Assembly (NCBI GenBank): GCA_035651755.1
Contig: DASRFA010000057.1
Span: 52,054-116,053 of the forward strand
Direction: 5' to 3'
Length of the DNA stretch: 64,000 nucleotides
Source of the DNA: Candidatus Binatia bacterium
GTDB taxonomy: Bacteria > Desulfobacterota > Binatia > UBA12015
Shown here: in pieces, positions 9,323 to 18,324 of the stretch
Layout: each line of letters starts with the position of its first letter
How positions within the stretch are numbered: the first letter of the stretch is position 1
The notes under the pieces: generated by a model
Seen by the model: the letters and a program-made list of their open reading frames with translations, nothing else
Databases searched by the model: none
Told to the model about the DNA's origin: nothing
Program-made: the position numbers and the translations under genes

Positions 9323-10336
9323 ATGCCATCGCATCGGTCTCGAAGGGGAGGGCGTCGCGCCGCGCGAACGTCCGAGGCGAAACCCGTACGCTCGGCGCCG
9401 CGCAAGGCCGCTTCAACCGAGCGCAGCGGCGACGCGAGCAGCGCCGGCGCGGCGAAAGCCGAGGCCGCTTCCGCGCCGCGTTCCGCCGAGCGCTCCACGC
9501 CTGCTGCTCGGAGCGACGGGCGGCGGCCGTTCGCGCCGCGTCGCCTTCGCATCGCGCCGGGATATCTTCGGCACGCCGAGGGCTCGGCGCTCGTCACCGC
9601 GGGGAGCACGCAGGTCCTCTGCGCCGTCAGCATCGAGGACACGGTGCCGGACTTTCTGCGCGGGTCGGGACGGGGATGGCTCACGGCCGAGTACTCGATG
9701 CTGCCGCGCGCGACCCACACGCGGAGCCAGCGCGAGGCGAGCCGCGGGCGGGTGTCCGGGCGTACGCACGAGATCCAGCGGCTGATCGGTCGGAGCCTGC
9801 GCGCGGTGGTCGACCTGTCGCGGCTCGGCGAGCGCACGCTCTTCGTCGACTGCGACGTCCTCCAGGCCGACGGCGGCACCCGCACCGCCGCGATCAACGG
9901 CGCGTACGTCGCGGTGGCGCAGGCGCTCGACCGCCTCGTGCAGGAGGGCTCGCTCGCCGAGAGCCCGCTCCGCGAGCCCGTCGCGGCGATCAGCGTCGGG
10001 ATCGTCGGCGGCGACGTTCTCGTCGACCTCGCCTACGACGAGGACAGCCGCGCCGAGGTCGATGCGAACTTCGTGATGACGGGGAGCGGCGGGCTCGTGG
10101 AGGTCCAGGGCACCGCCGAGGGCCGGACGTTCGCGCGCGAGCAGCTCGGCGCGATGCTCGACGCCGCTTGGGGTGCGATCGAGCGGATCCACAAGCTGCA
10201 GGAGGACGTCCTCGCCGCTCACCGCCGGCGCGCGACGGGCCGCGCGGGTGGAGCGCCCACGCGTGGACGCGCGCGCGGGAACGCACCGCGCGGGAACGCA
10301 CCGCGCAAGGTGGCGAAGCGAGCGGCGGGCGCCTGA
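9323..10336 (+). CDS. rph: Ribonuclease PH, with a low-complexity N-terminal extension of about 60 aa and a C-terminal tail of about 45 aa.
   Basis: Alignable to RNase PH across the core (LRHAEGSALVTAGSTQVLCAVSIED...GWLTAEYSMLPRATHTR...GRTHEIQRLIGRSLRAVVDL...DCDVLQADGGTRTAAINGAYVA). Confidence 0.8.
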   Translation: MPSHRSRRGGRRAARTSEAKPVRSAPRKAASTERSGDASSAGAAKAEAASAPRSAERSTPAARSDGRRPFAPRRLRIAPGYLRHAEGSALVTAGSTQVLCAVSIEDTVPDFLRGSGRGWLTAEYSMLPRATHTRSQREASRGRVSGRTHEIQRLIGRSLRAVVDLSRLGERTLFVDCDVLQADGGTRTAAINGAYVAVAQALDRLVQEGSLAESPLREPVAAISVGIVGGDVLVDLAYDEDSRAEVDANFVMTGSGGLVEVQGTAEGRTFAREQLGAMLDAAWGAIERIHKLQEDVLAAHRRRATGRAGGAPTRGRARGNAPRGNAPRKVAKRAAGA

Positions 10337-10374
10337 AGGCGCGCGCCCGCGTTTCAGCCTGCCCGGGAGATCCG

Positions 10375-10998
10375 TTGCGCGTCCGCGGTCCGATCGTCCT
10401 CGCCTCGCGCAACCGCGGAAAGCTGCGCGAGCTGCTCGACCTCGCGTCGGGCGCGCTCGAGCTCGTGCCCCTGCCCGACGATCCGCCGCCGCCCGAGGTC
10501 GCCGAGGACCAGCCGACGTATCTCGGAAACGCGACCAAGAAGGCGGTCGCCATCGCGCGCTTCACGGGACGCCCCGCGCTCGCCGACGACTCGGGGCTCG
10601 AGGTCGACGCTCTCGGCGGCACGCCCGGCGTGCGATCCGCGCGCTACGGCGGTCTCGGCCTCGACGACGCCGGCCGCTACCGCCGGCTCCTTTCCGAGCT
10701 CGCCGGCGTGAGCAATCGCCGGGCGCGCTTTCGCTGTGCCGTCGTCCTGGCCGACGGCGACGACCACGTCTCGGCGGAGGGCGTGGTCGAGGGCTCGATC
10801 GGCGACGCGCCGCGCGGCGACGGCGGCTTCGGCTACGATCCCATCTTCGTGGTGGACGGCTTCGGCGGCCGCACGATGGCCGAGCTCTCGCGCGACGAGA
10901 AGAATCGCGTCTCGCACCGCGCCCGGGCGATGCGCGCGCTCGTCGCGAAGCTCGGGGTGACGAGCGCCGAGCCGTCGTCGGGCCCGCGTTCGCATTGA
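10375..10998 (+). CDS. rdgB: dITP/XTP pyrophosphatase RdgB (Ham1 family), with a TTG start proposed.
   Basis: IVLASRNRGKLRELLDL..., ADDSGLEVDALGGTPGVRSARY, FGYDPIF, MAELSRDEKNRVSHRARA. It lies immediately downstream of rph, a conserved gene pair. Confidence 0.8.
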   Translation: MRVRGPIVLASRNRGKLRELLDLASGALELVPLPDDPPPPEVAEDQPTYLGNATKKAVAIARFTGRPALADDSGLEVDALGGTPGVRSARYGGLGLDDAGRYRRLLSELAGVSNRRARFRCAVVLADGDDHVSAEGVVEGSIGDAPRGDGGFGYDPIFVVDGFGGRTMAELSRDEKNRVSHRARAMRALVAKLGVTSAEPSSGPRSH

Positions 10999-11059
10999 CA
11001 ATGCCCCGCGGGGAACCTTAAGCCTTTGCTTTCGGCGCTTGCCGACGGCGGCCGGATCG

Positions 11060-11132
11060 CGGGGCGTGGCGCAGCCTGGTAGCGCACCTGCCTTGGGTGC
11101 AGGGGGTCGGAGGTTCAAATCCTCTCGCCCCG
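11060..11132 (+). tRNA. tRNA-Pro (anticodon TGG).
   Basis: A cloverleaf is readable: acceptor CGGGGCG/CGCCCCG, anticodon stem CCTGC/GCAGG with loop CTTGGGT, and T-loop TTCAAAT. Confidence 0.85.
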
Positions 11133-11162
11133 ATTGGCCGACTTGCCGCGGCGACGCGCCGG

Positions 11163-11236
<74 letters not shown>

Positions 11237-11309
11237 GTGATTCGTTCTCCGCACGCGGCGAGCGTTGCGATGTGCGGTGCGGGCAGGTATCGCGCGGTCT
11301 TGCCGTCCT

Positions 11310-11384
11310 GGTGAGTGTAGCTCAGCTGGCAGAGCACCGGATTGTGGCTCCGGGGGTCGAGGGTTCAATCCCCTTCACTCACCT
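11310..11384 (+). tRNA. tRNA-His (anticodon GTG) with an extra 5' G(-1).
   Basis: G-1 plus GTGAGTG/CACTCAC acceptor, anticodon stem CCGGA/TCCGG with loop TTGTGGC, and T-loop TTCAATC. Confidence 0.85.
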
Positions 11385-11389
11385 TTAAG

Positions 11390-11437
11390 GCGAGGGCCTC
11401 GCGGCCCTCGCCCCGTCGGGCAAAGCCCGACGGGGCC
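11390..11437. terminator. Two consecutive GC-rich hairpins between the tRNA cluster and the convergent ogt gene.
   Basis: GGCGAGGGCC-tcgc-GGCCCTCGCC followed by CCGTCGGGC-aaa-GCCCGACGG. Confidence 0.5.
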
Positions 11438-11581
11438 CCACTCCCGCGGTCGCTTCGCTCCGCGCGCGCTTCGCGCGCGATGGTGCCGGTGGCGGCGCGG
11501 GGTGTTGAGGGTGCGCTCGCGCGGCGGGTGCTTGGCCGCGCGCTTCGCGCGCGAGCCTTCTCGCGACGTTTGTCGGAGGCT

Positions 11582-12109
11582 CTAGCGGGCGGCGGCGGCG
11601 AGGGCGGGTTGGCGGGATTCGTGGGAGAGGAGCCAACGTTTGCGGTCGAGGCCGCCGCCGTAGCCGGTGAGGTCGCCGGTAGCGCCGATGACGCGGTGGC
11701 AGGGGACGACGATGCAGATCGGGTTGGCGCCGTTGGCCGCGCCGACGGCGCGGACGGCGGCGGGGGCGCGGATGTCGCGCGCGACGTCCGAGTAGGAGGC
11801 GGTTTCGCCGACCGGGATCTGCCGGACGCGTTTCCACACCGCGAGCTGGAACGGAGTGCCGTGCGGCGCGATCTCGATCTCGTCGAGGACGGACAGGTCG
11901 CCGGCGAAGTAGTCGCGGATGCGGCGCAGGGTCGCCGACGTCCTCGGCGCGGGCCGCCATGCGGAGCGGGTCGAGCCGAGCTGGCGCTCGAGGCGGGCGA
12001 GGGTGCGGTCGCCGCGGTCGGCGAAGAGGAGCGCCAGCAGGCTGTCGCCGTCGAGGACGACGTCCAGCGCGCCGATCGGGGTCGCGATCTCGGCGATCGT
12101 CGGGGTCAT
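11582..12109 (-). CDS. ogt: Methylated-DNA--protein-cysteine methyltransferase (Ogt/MGMT).
   Basis: The active-site motif PCHRVIG and LTGYGGGLDRKRWLL, with the N-terminal Ada-like domain. Confidence 0.85.
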   Translation of the reverse strand: MTPTIAEIATPIGALDVVLDGDSLLALLFADRGDRTLARLERQLGSTRSAWRPAPRTSATLRRIRDYFAGDLSVLDEIEIAPHGTPFQLAVWKRVRQIPVGETASYSDVARDIRAPAAVRAVGAANGANPICIVVPCHRVIGATGDLTGYGGGLDRKRWLLSHESRQPALAAAAR

Positions 12110-12344
12110 CGTGGAACCTCCTTCCCGCTGGTGCGGGCGTGTGCGGATCCTGTCATGGATCGGGATCCGCGTCGCGCGGCGACGTGCCGCGTGGACGTAT
12201 CCGTATAAGAGGATACGACCGCGGACTCGCGGGATTCGGACGCGGTGGTCGGCGCCGGTGCGATGGCGCGCGGCCGCGGTTGGGCCGCCGGCACGAGCGG
12301 CTCGTCGGCATTGCGCGCCCGGAAGCAGGTCGGTAAGAACCCGG

Positions 12345-12417
<73 letters not shown>

Positions 12418-12420
12418 ACT

Positions 12421-12449
12421 GCCGAAAGCCTCCGAGAGATCGGGGGCTT
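12421..12449. terminator. Hairpin immediately 3' of tRNA-Lys.
   Basis: CGAAAGCCTCC-gagagatc-GGGGGCTTTCG, an imperfect 10-bp stem. Confidence 0.35.
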
Positions 12450-12451
12450 TC

Positions 12452-12645
12452 GCGCTCTTCGCTGAGGGAATCGTATGCACGAAACCCTCGGGATGTTTCC
12501 ACTTGTTTCCACTCTCGAGTTCCGGGTCGTCAAGGCGGTCGACGGCGGCCGTGTTTCCGCCGGGAGCCAGGTGGCCGCACGTGTCGACCGTGATCTGGAT
12601 CGAGTAGTCCATCTGGAACTTGCCGTTTCGGCTTGACGCCGGCAT
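12452..12645 (-). pseudogene. C-terminal remnant of a tyrosine recombinase/integrase abutting the tRNA-Lys 3' end. The N-terminal two thirds are missing.
   Basis: The translation ...QMDYSIQITVDTCGHLAPGGNTAAVDRLDD... resembles the integrase terminus ...HSSIQ-T-DTYGHLxPG...A--RLD, with the catalytic Tyr position now Cys. A locally AT-richer block (GGATGTTTCCACTTGTTTCCACT) lies here. Confidence 0.5.
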
Positions 12646-12723
12646 TCGTGCCTTCGGTGCAACTGCAGTCCAGGGTCACGATCGAGTTTCTGCCGCCGCT
12701 CGACTGGTCGCGACTCGGGCGAC

Positions 12724-13281
12724 GTGCCGCGACCGATCTCGGCCGCCAAGGCCCGGCTCGCCAGGCTCAACCGCACGGCCTGGAGCCTGTACGGCAGCGT
12801 CTGGCGCTGCTTCGCGGCCGGGGACGACAAGACGCTGCGGGCCATGAAGTCCGTCGATTACGCGGCCGCCCACTACGATGAGGCCCCCGCCCTCGTCGTC
12901 GTCTGCCTGCGCGTCGTGCGCTACGGGCCCATCGTCAGCGGCTTCCGCCTTCCGTTCCCGGCGTTCTGGGACGCGATCTTCTACGGCACGGCCTTTCCGG
13001 CCGTGCAGAACTTGCTGCTCGCGTGCCGGGCCGCCGGCCTCGGCGCCGCGCTCAACGTGATGCCGCTGTGGAATCTGACACTCGCGCGCGCGACGCTAGG
13101 CCTTCCGCTGTGGGTGACGCCGGTAGCTGTCGTGCCGATCGGCTGGCCGATGGGCCGCTACGGCCCGACTTCGCGGCCCGCGGTCGAATCCGTCGTGCAC
13201 GTCGACCGTTGGGACAACCTCGCGTTCGCGTCCGGAAATCCCGGCGCGAACGCCGAAAGCGGGAAAGCGGGATCGCGATGA
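12724..13281 (+). CDS. Nitroreductase-family protein, apparently N-terminally short or truncated.
   Basis: C-terminal nitroreductase features (APALVVVCL..., QNLLLACRAAGLGAAL, PVAVVPIGWP). Only about 30 aa precede the core, and it is adjacent to the integrase remnant. Confidence 0.55.
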   Translation: MPRPISAAKARLARLNRTAWSLYGSVWRCFAAGDDKTLRAMKSVDYAAAHYDEAPALVVVCLRVVRYGPIVSGFRLPFPAFWDAIFYGTAFPAVQNLLLACRAAGLGAALNVMPLWNLTLARATLGLPLWVTPVAVVPIGWPMGRYGPTSRPAVESVVHVDRWDNLAFASGNPGANAESGKAGSR

Positions 13282-13324
13282 GAAAGGAAGATCGACCAGG
13301 GTCGGCCGCGTCGAGCAGATCGCT

Positions 13325-14344
13325 TCATCCCGCTCGCGCGCCGGCCACGTAGTCGCGCGCCATCTCGCCCATGGCGTGGGCGAGGAACGGAACGAGGGGG
13401 CGCTGCGCGGCGATCTCGGGTCGACCGACCGTCCAGCCGAGGTAGCTCAGCCCGCGCGCGACGAGAAGGGTCGGAAGCTCCTCGAGCTGGTGTTGGGGGA
13501 AGGCTCGCACGGCGCGATAGCCCTCGAGGTAGCCCGCGAGCGCCGGCTCGAAGCCGCCGAGGAGCCTCAGCGGGAAGAGCGACGTGGCGAGCTCGAAGCC
13601 GAACCAGCTCCAGCCGCAGTCGTCGAAGTCGATCACCCGGATGGCAGCGTCGGCGGTGAGCACGTTGTCGGGAACGAGATCGCCGTGGATGAGCTCGTTC
13701 GCGGGCCCGAGCGCGTCCAGCCGTTCCCTAGCTCGATCGCGGGCTGCGAGCAGGAGGGCGCGCAGGTCGGGATCGAGGTCGGCGAGCTCCCAGAAACGGC
13801 CGAACGTCGGCGAATCGCCGACGAGCGTCTCGGCGCTCCACGAGGGGCGCGCGAAGCCGGCCGGGCGCTGCCACTCGAGACCGTGCGCGTGGATCCGTGC
13901 GGCGATCGTGCCGATGGTCGCGTAGAGCTCGCGGAGCCCGCAGTCGTCGAGCGCGACACCGCCTTCGAGCGTACCGACCGGGGCGCCGTCCACCCAGGCG
14001 AGCAAATCGCACTGCCGGGGTTCGGGCACGCCCTCGTGGGAAGCAATCGACAGAACGTCGCCGTTCTCCGCCGGCAGCATGGCGGGCGTTTCGACCCCCG
14101 ACGCGCCGAGAGCGCGAATCCAAGCCGCCTCCGAGCGGATCTCGTCATCGGTGCGATACGCGGGCCGGTGCACCCGCAGGACGTTCCGGTCACCCCCGGC
14201 CGGGGTCACGCGGAAGACGGCGTTCTCGCGGTACTTGATGAGGCCGAGCTCCGCCTCCTCGAACCGCCAGGCGCGCAGCGCACGGTGCGCGAGGCCGGCG
14301 AGGAGAGCCGTCTGCTCGGCTTCCGAAAGCTCGACGAACCCCAT
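13325..14344 (-). CDS. Aminoglycoside/hydroxylysine-type phosphotransferase (APH/choline-kinase-like family).
   Basis: The catalytic-loop and metal-binding motifs LIHGDLVPDNVL and VIDFDDCGWSWFGFELA. The start is 4 nt from the stop of the upstream aminotransferase gene. Confidence 0.75.
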   Translation of the reverse strand: MGFVELSEAEQTALLAGLAHRALRAWRFEEAELGLIKYRENAVFRVTPAGGDRNVLRVHRPAYRTDDEIRSEAAWIRALGASGVETPAMLPAENGDVLSIASHEGVPEPRQCDLLAWVDGAPVGTLEGGVALDDCGLRELYATIGTIAARIHAHGLEWQRPAGFARPSWSAETLVGDSPTFGRFWELADLDPDLRALLLAARDRARERLDALGPANELIHGDLVPDNVLTADAAIRVIDFDDCGWSWFGFELATSLFPLRLLGGFEPALAGYLEGYRAVRAFPQHQLEELPTLLVARGLSYLGWTVGRPEIAAQRPLVPFLAHAMGEMARDYVAGARAG

Positions 14345-14348
14345 GCGA

Positions 14349-15620
14349 TCAGACCCGTTCGCGCTCGAGGTCGCCGAGCGCGGTATCGAGGCGCTCGAGC
14401 AGGGTGTCGCAGTAGGCGTCGTCGACGAGGAGCCCCGGCTTGAACTGGAGCACGGACATCTCGAAGGCAGCGAACATCGCCCACACGCCCCGCTCGTAGA
14501 GCGCGCGCGAGAGCCGCACTCCGCCGATCGGGTCGTCGACCTCGAGCCCGATCACGAGGCCCTGCTGGCGAATACCGCGCAGGATCGGGTGGCGCGCGCG
14601 CAGACCGGCGAGGTCCGACGCGAGGCGCGCGGCGATCCGCTGGACGTGAGCGAGCGTTTCGGGGTGGCCGCAGATCTCGAGAACGCGTGCGGCGACGCGG
14701 CAGCCGATCTCGGCTCCCCCGAAAGTGGACACGTAGGCCCAGCCCTGCTCGCGGAGGAACCCTCCCACGGCGCGCGTCATGACCACGGCGGAGATCGGGT
14801 ACAGTCCGCCGGAAAGCCCCTTGCCGGTGACCAGCACGTCGGGCTCGACGCCGAAGCCGTCGATCGCCCAAAGCCTTCCCGTGCGACCGAGTCCCGTCTG
14901 CACTTCGTCGGCGACGAGGATCGCACCGTACCTCTCGCAGAGCGCCTTCACGCCGGGAAGATAGCCGGGAGAGGGCACCGGGAAGCCGTAAGTCGCCGGG
15001 ATGGTCTCGAGCAGGACCGCAGCGACGTCGCCGGGCGCGAGGGCACGCTCCATGGCGCGGAGGTCGTCGAAGGGAACGGTCGCGAACTCGTCGGGGTAGT
15101 CGCTCCGGAAGAGGCGCGCGCTCGCATCGCGACCGGCAGCGCCCGATAGGCCGGTCGCTCCGTGGAAGCCCGCTTCGAGCGCCACGATCCGACGCCGCCC
15201 GGTCGCCCAGCGCGCCGCGCGGATCGCGAGATCGTTCGCCTCGCTGCCCGATGGTGTGAAGACGCTGTAGTGGAGGTCACCGGGCGTCGAGCGCGCGAGC
15301 TTCTCGGCCAGCTCTCCGCGCGCCTCGGCGGGGAAGTGGTGGTTCCCGATGTCGAGCTCCGCGAGGGCTTCGACGAGCGCGGCCTGCAACTCCGGATTTC
15401 GGTGTCCGAGGTTGAACGTGCCGCCGTTCAAGTGGAGGTCGAGGAGCTCGCGCCCATCGAGATCCCAGATCCGGTAGCCCTCGCGCCGGCCGATCACGAG
15501 CGGTGTGCCGAGACGGAGCCAGGTCTCTACGCGGCCCGGCATCCCGTACTCGCGCGCACGCTCGAGCGCGCGCCGCTTGCGCTCCGACATCCCTGCGTAG
15601 GGGTCCTGCTGAGGATCCAT
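14349..15620 (-). CDS. Class III (PLP-dependent) aminotransferase-fold protein.
   Basis: Full-length fold match (GTFNLGHRNPELQAAL..., DEVQTGLGRTGRLWA, VTGKGLSGGLYP with the PLP lysine). The start is taken at MDPQQDPY (15620), and the upstream 1.1 kb of the ORF is Arg-rich. Confidence 0.85.
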   Translation of the reverse strand: MDPQQDPYAGMSERKRRALERAREYGMPGRVETWLRLGTPLVIGRREGYRIWDLDGRELLDLHLNGGTFNLGHRNPELQAALVEALAELDIGNHHFPAEARGELAEKLARSTPGDLHYSVFTPSGSEANDLAIRAARWATGRRRIVALEAGFHGATGLSGAAGRDASARLFRSDYPDEFATVPFDDLRAMERALAPGDVAAVLLETIPATYGFPVPSPGYLPGVKALCERYGAILVADEVQTGLGRTGRLWAIDGFGVEPDVLVTGKGLSGGLYPISAVVMTRAVGGFLREQGWAYVSTFGGAEIGCRVAARVLEICGHPETLAHVQRIAARLASDLAGLRARHPILRGIRQQGLVIGLEVDDPIGGVRLSRALYERGVWAMFAAFEMSVLQFKPGLLVDDAYCDTLLERLDTALGDLERERV

Positions 15621-15685
15621 GACGTCTCCCCTTCTGCGTACCGCCACGTCGGCGACGTGCCGATCGCGCGAAGATATGGTGCGCC

Positions 15686-16426
15686 TCAGGATTGCGGCGC
15701 GAGCGCCTGCAAACCCCAGGGTGGAGAAGCATTCACCAGCACACCGGGGCGGCACTTCATCTTGAGCTGGACGAACTCGACTCCCGGCTTGTGCGCGGTC
15801 AGCACGTATTCCCCAGGCGGAACCTGGATGTAGAGCACGCCGCCGTCCTCGCTGGTTTCGGTGCGGGTCGGGTCCGGGAGGACGCTCTCGTTGAAGTAGA
15901 TCGGGCCGTGCTCCCGCGGCAGGGGCGGCTCGATCGTCACCGTCGCACCCGCTTCGCCATGGGCGCCGGGATCGTACAGCGACTTGCCGACACGCGTCAC
16001 GGTGGTCGGCATCTGGCAGGCGTGCTCCTCGTCGGGGACGATGCCGAGCAGGGCGGCGAGCCCCGCGTAGACGTCGTGCGGCACGGCCTGGAAGGTGATG
16101 CGCTCGAGCCCCTCGGGTGGCACGACGTGCGTGCCGGTCTGGATCAGGTGGTAGTCGGGATGCTCGAGGACCAGCGATACCTCGGAGCCGACCGGGATGC
16201 CGTCGAAAGCGAAGTGCCCGTCGCCGCCGGTGACCATGCGCTTCTCCGGGATCTCGAGAATGTGGACCGTAGCGCCTTCGATGCGGCGGTTGCCGCCGTT
16301 GAACGGAATTGCGTCGCCGCTCACCGATGCGGTCGCGACCGAGCCGCGGTCGGCGTCGCCGCACCCGGCGAGGACGGCACAGAGCAAGAGCGCGCTTAGG
16401 CGGCGGAGGGCGGCTCCCCGGTGCAC
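15686..16426 (-). CDS. Lipoprotein with a carboxypeptidase-regulatory-like (prealbumin-fold) domain. A GTG start is proposed.
   Basis: Signal peptide plus lipobox (RRLSALLLCAVLAGCGD) and GATVHILEIPEKRMVTGGDGHFAFDGIPVGSEVSLV. Confidence 0.55.
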   Translation of the reverse strand: MHRGAALRRLSALLLCAVLAGCGDADRGSVATASVSGDAIPFNGGNRRIEGATVHILEIPEKRMVTGGDGHFAFDGIPVGSEVSLVLEHPDYHLIQTGTHVVPPEGLERITFQAVPHDVYAGLAALLGIVPDEEHACQMPTTVTRVGKSLYDPGAHGEAGATVTIEPPLPREHGPIYFNESVLPDPTRTETSEDGGVLYIQVPPGEYVLTAHKPGVEFVQLKMKCRPGVLVNASPPWGLQALAPQS

Positions 16427-16537
16427 GGCGCTGCACCTCGCGCGCAACGCGTTCCGGACGAGGACCGAACCGGCCGACGTGGAATGGATGGAGAAGGTCT
16501 CCGACGAGCAATACCAGCTCAAGGAAGGAGCCGCATC

Positions 16538-17067
16538 GTGAGGGCAACCGTGCTCTACGGGGCCGCGACGTCCGCACCGTCAAGCATGGTGACGTCGTGG
16601 TCATGCCCTTCGCGAGCTCGGACGGCACCTGCCACTTCTGCCACGAAGGCCTGACCACGGCCTGCGTGCACGGGACCTCCTTCGGCAACGACGGCGTGAA
16701 CGGCGCCCAAGCCGAGGCCCTGCGCATTCCCTACGCCGGCGGAACCCTCTACCGGCTGGACGTAGCGGAAGAGACCGCACTGATGCCATCTCTCCTCACG
16801 CTCTCGGACGTGATGGGCACCGGTCACCATGCAGCCGTTGTGGCAAGGGTGGCGCCCGGGAAGAGCGTCGCGGCTATCGGTGACGGCGCAGTGGGCCTCT
16901 GCGGCGTGATCGCTGCCAAACGTCTCGGCGCTGAGAGAATCATTATCATGGGCCGGCACCCCGATCGGATTGCGCTCGCGCGCGACTTTGGCGCCACCGA
17001 TGTGGTCAGCGAGCGGGGAACCGAAGCCGTCGAGCGCGTGAAGGACCGGTGCAGGCGGCCGGAGTGA
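16538..17067 (+). pseudogene. Zinc-dependent alcohol dehydrogenase (MDR family) remnant. It has an N-terminal frameshift, an internal deletion of about 80 aa, and is 3'-truncated by an IS remnant.
   Basis: VRATVLYG..DVRTVKHGDVVVMPFASSDGTCHFCHEGLTTAC...GTGHHAAVV...AIGDGAVGLCGVIAAKRLGAERIIIMG, then an abrupt end. The first 12 codons are in another frame. Confidence 0.6.
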
Positions 17068-17340
17068 CGCTGCACGTAGCTCAGAATACGAGCGGCCGGA
17101 GATCGAACATCGATGGCCGAACGACTCGCCACGCCGGCTACGCGGTGAGCCAGAGAGTCCGAAAGCGAGTCGAGGAGATCTTCGGCTGGGCAAAGACGGT
17201 CGGTGGATTGCGGCGAACGAGTTTCCGCGGAGTCGCGCGGACGGCCTTCTGGGGACCTACATCGTGGGCGCCGCGTACAACCTCGTCCGGATGACCCGGC
17301 TCATGCCGCAGGTGGCGACGCCGTGAGGCGGCGCGGAGAG
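17068..17340 (+). mobile_element. C-terminal fragment of an IS5-family transposase (remnant).
   Basis: YAVSQRVRKRVEEIFGWAKTVGGLRRTSFRGVARTAF...AAYNLVRM matches the conserved IS5/IS1182-type transposase C-terminus. There is no N-terminal DDE region and no identifiable terminal repeats. Confidence 0.55.
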
Positions 17341-17460
17341 CGAAGCGGGTCGCGCAGACCGCCGCGAGCTGCAGGGGATCGGTCGGTCCGCGCTCATGTC
17401 CCCTAAGCTGACCAGGGTGCGCCTCATTCGACCAGAAACCGCCGATTCTTCCATGGCCTG

Positions 17461-18324
17461 CTAGAGCATCTCAGCCACGAAACCTGCCGCGTTTGCCGCC
17501 TGTTGCAGGACGAGCAGCAGCACGAGGAGAGTCGCTCGTCGGCCTCGCTCCCTCGCGTAGGGACGCAGCAGCAGGTCGCGATAGAAGCGGCGGTCGATGC
17601 GGAATCGCGCCCAACGCCCGCGGACGCTGTGAAAGCGGTAGGCACCTCGTCCATAGCCGAAGTGCTGCCGCCAGAGACCCGCGATCGTCAGATCGTGAGC
17701 GTGGTGCACGACCGCGTCGGCCGCGTAGACGAGGCGGCGCCCCCTCTCGCGCCAGCGATCGCAGAGATCGCGATCCTCCGCCGTCCTGAATGCCGGATCG
17801 AACCCGCCGAGATCACGAAAATCCTCGGTAGGGGCGGCGAGGTTGTTCGACGCGAAGAACCGCGCATCGTCGGGATCGCGATTGTAGTGCGCATAGACGT
17901 TCTCGAGCACGAGGTGGCTCAGCGCGGAGCAGGCGTTGGCGGGGAGGGCGTTGAGCGTGCGGCCGCCGATGAGGCTCCCTGGGGCCTCCTTCGCACGCGA
18001 TTCGAGCGCGAGGAGCCAGCCGACGTCAGTCATGCAATCGTCGTCGGTGAACGCGAGATACCCGCCCCGGGCGTGCTCGGCTCCCACGTTGCGCGCGCGG
18101 GCCGCCCCCGAGTGAGCAACGCGAAGCACGGTGAGGTCGAGGGCCGAGCGAAACGGCGCTGCGACGTCGGCCGCGGCCATGGATCCGCCGTCATCGACGA
18201 CGATGACCTCGAACCCGCGGCGCGGGCAAACGAGCGTCGCCAGGGACGCGAGGCAGCGAGCGAGCTCGACCGGGCGGTCGTAGGTGGGGATGATGATCGA
18301 GAAGGCGGGGGAACCGACGATCAT
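17461..18324 (-). CDS. Glycosyltransferase family 2.
   Basis: FSIIIPTYDRPVELARCLASL...VIVVDDGGS...DDD-type GT-A fold motifs. The start is taken at MIVGSPAF, overlapping the upstream stop (ATGA). Confidence 0.8.
   Translation of the reverse strand: MIVGSPAFSIIIPTYDRPVELARCLASLATLVCPRRGFEVIVVDDGGSMAAADVAAPFRSALDLTVLRVAHSGAARARNVGAEHARGGYLAFTDDDCMTDVGWLLALESRAKEAPGSLIGGRTLNALPANACSALSHLVLENVYAHYNRDPDDARFFASNNLAAPTEDFRDLGGFDPAFRTAEDRDLCDRWRERGRRLVYAADAVVHHAHDLTIAGLWRQHFGYGRGAYRFHSVRGRWARFRIDRRFYRDLLLRPYARERGRRATLLVLLLVLQQAANAAGFVAEML

Noticed and set aside
11342-12208. A 288-aa plus-strand ORF.
   Set aside because: Antisense to ogt, Arg/Gly-rich.
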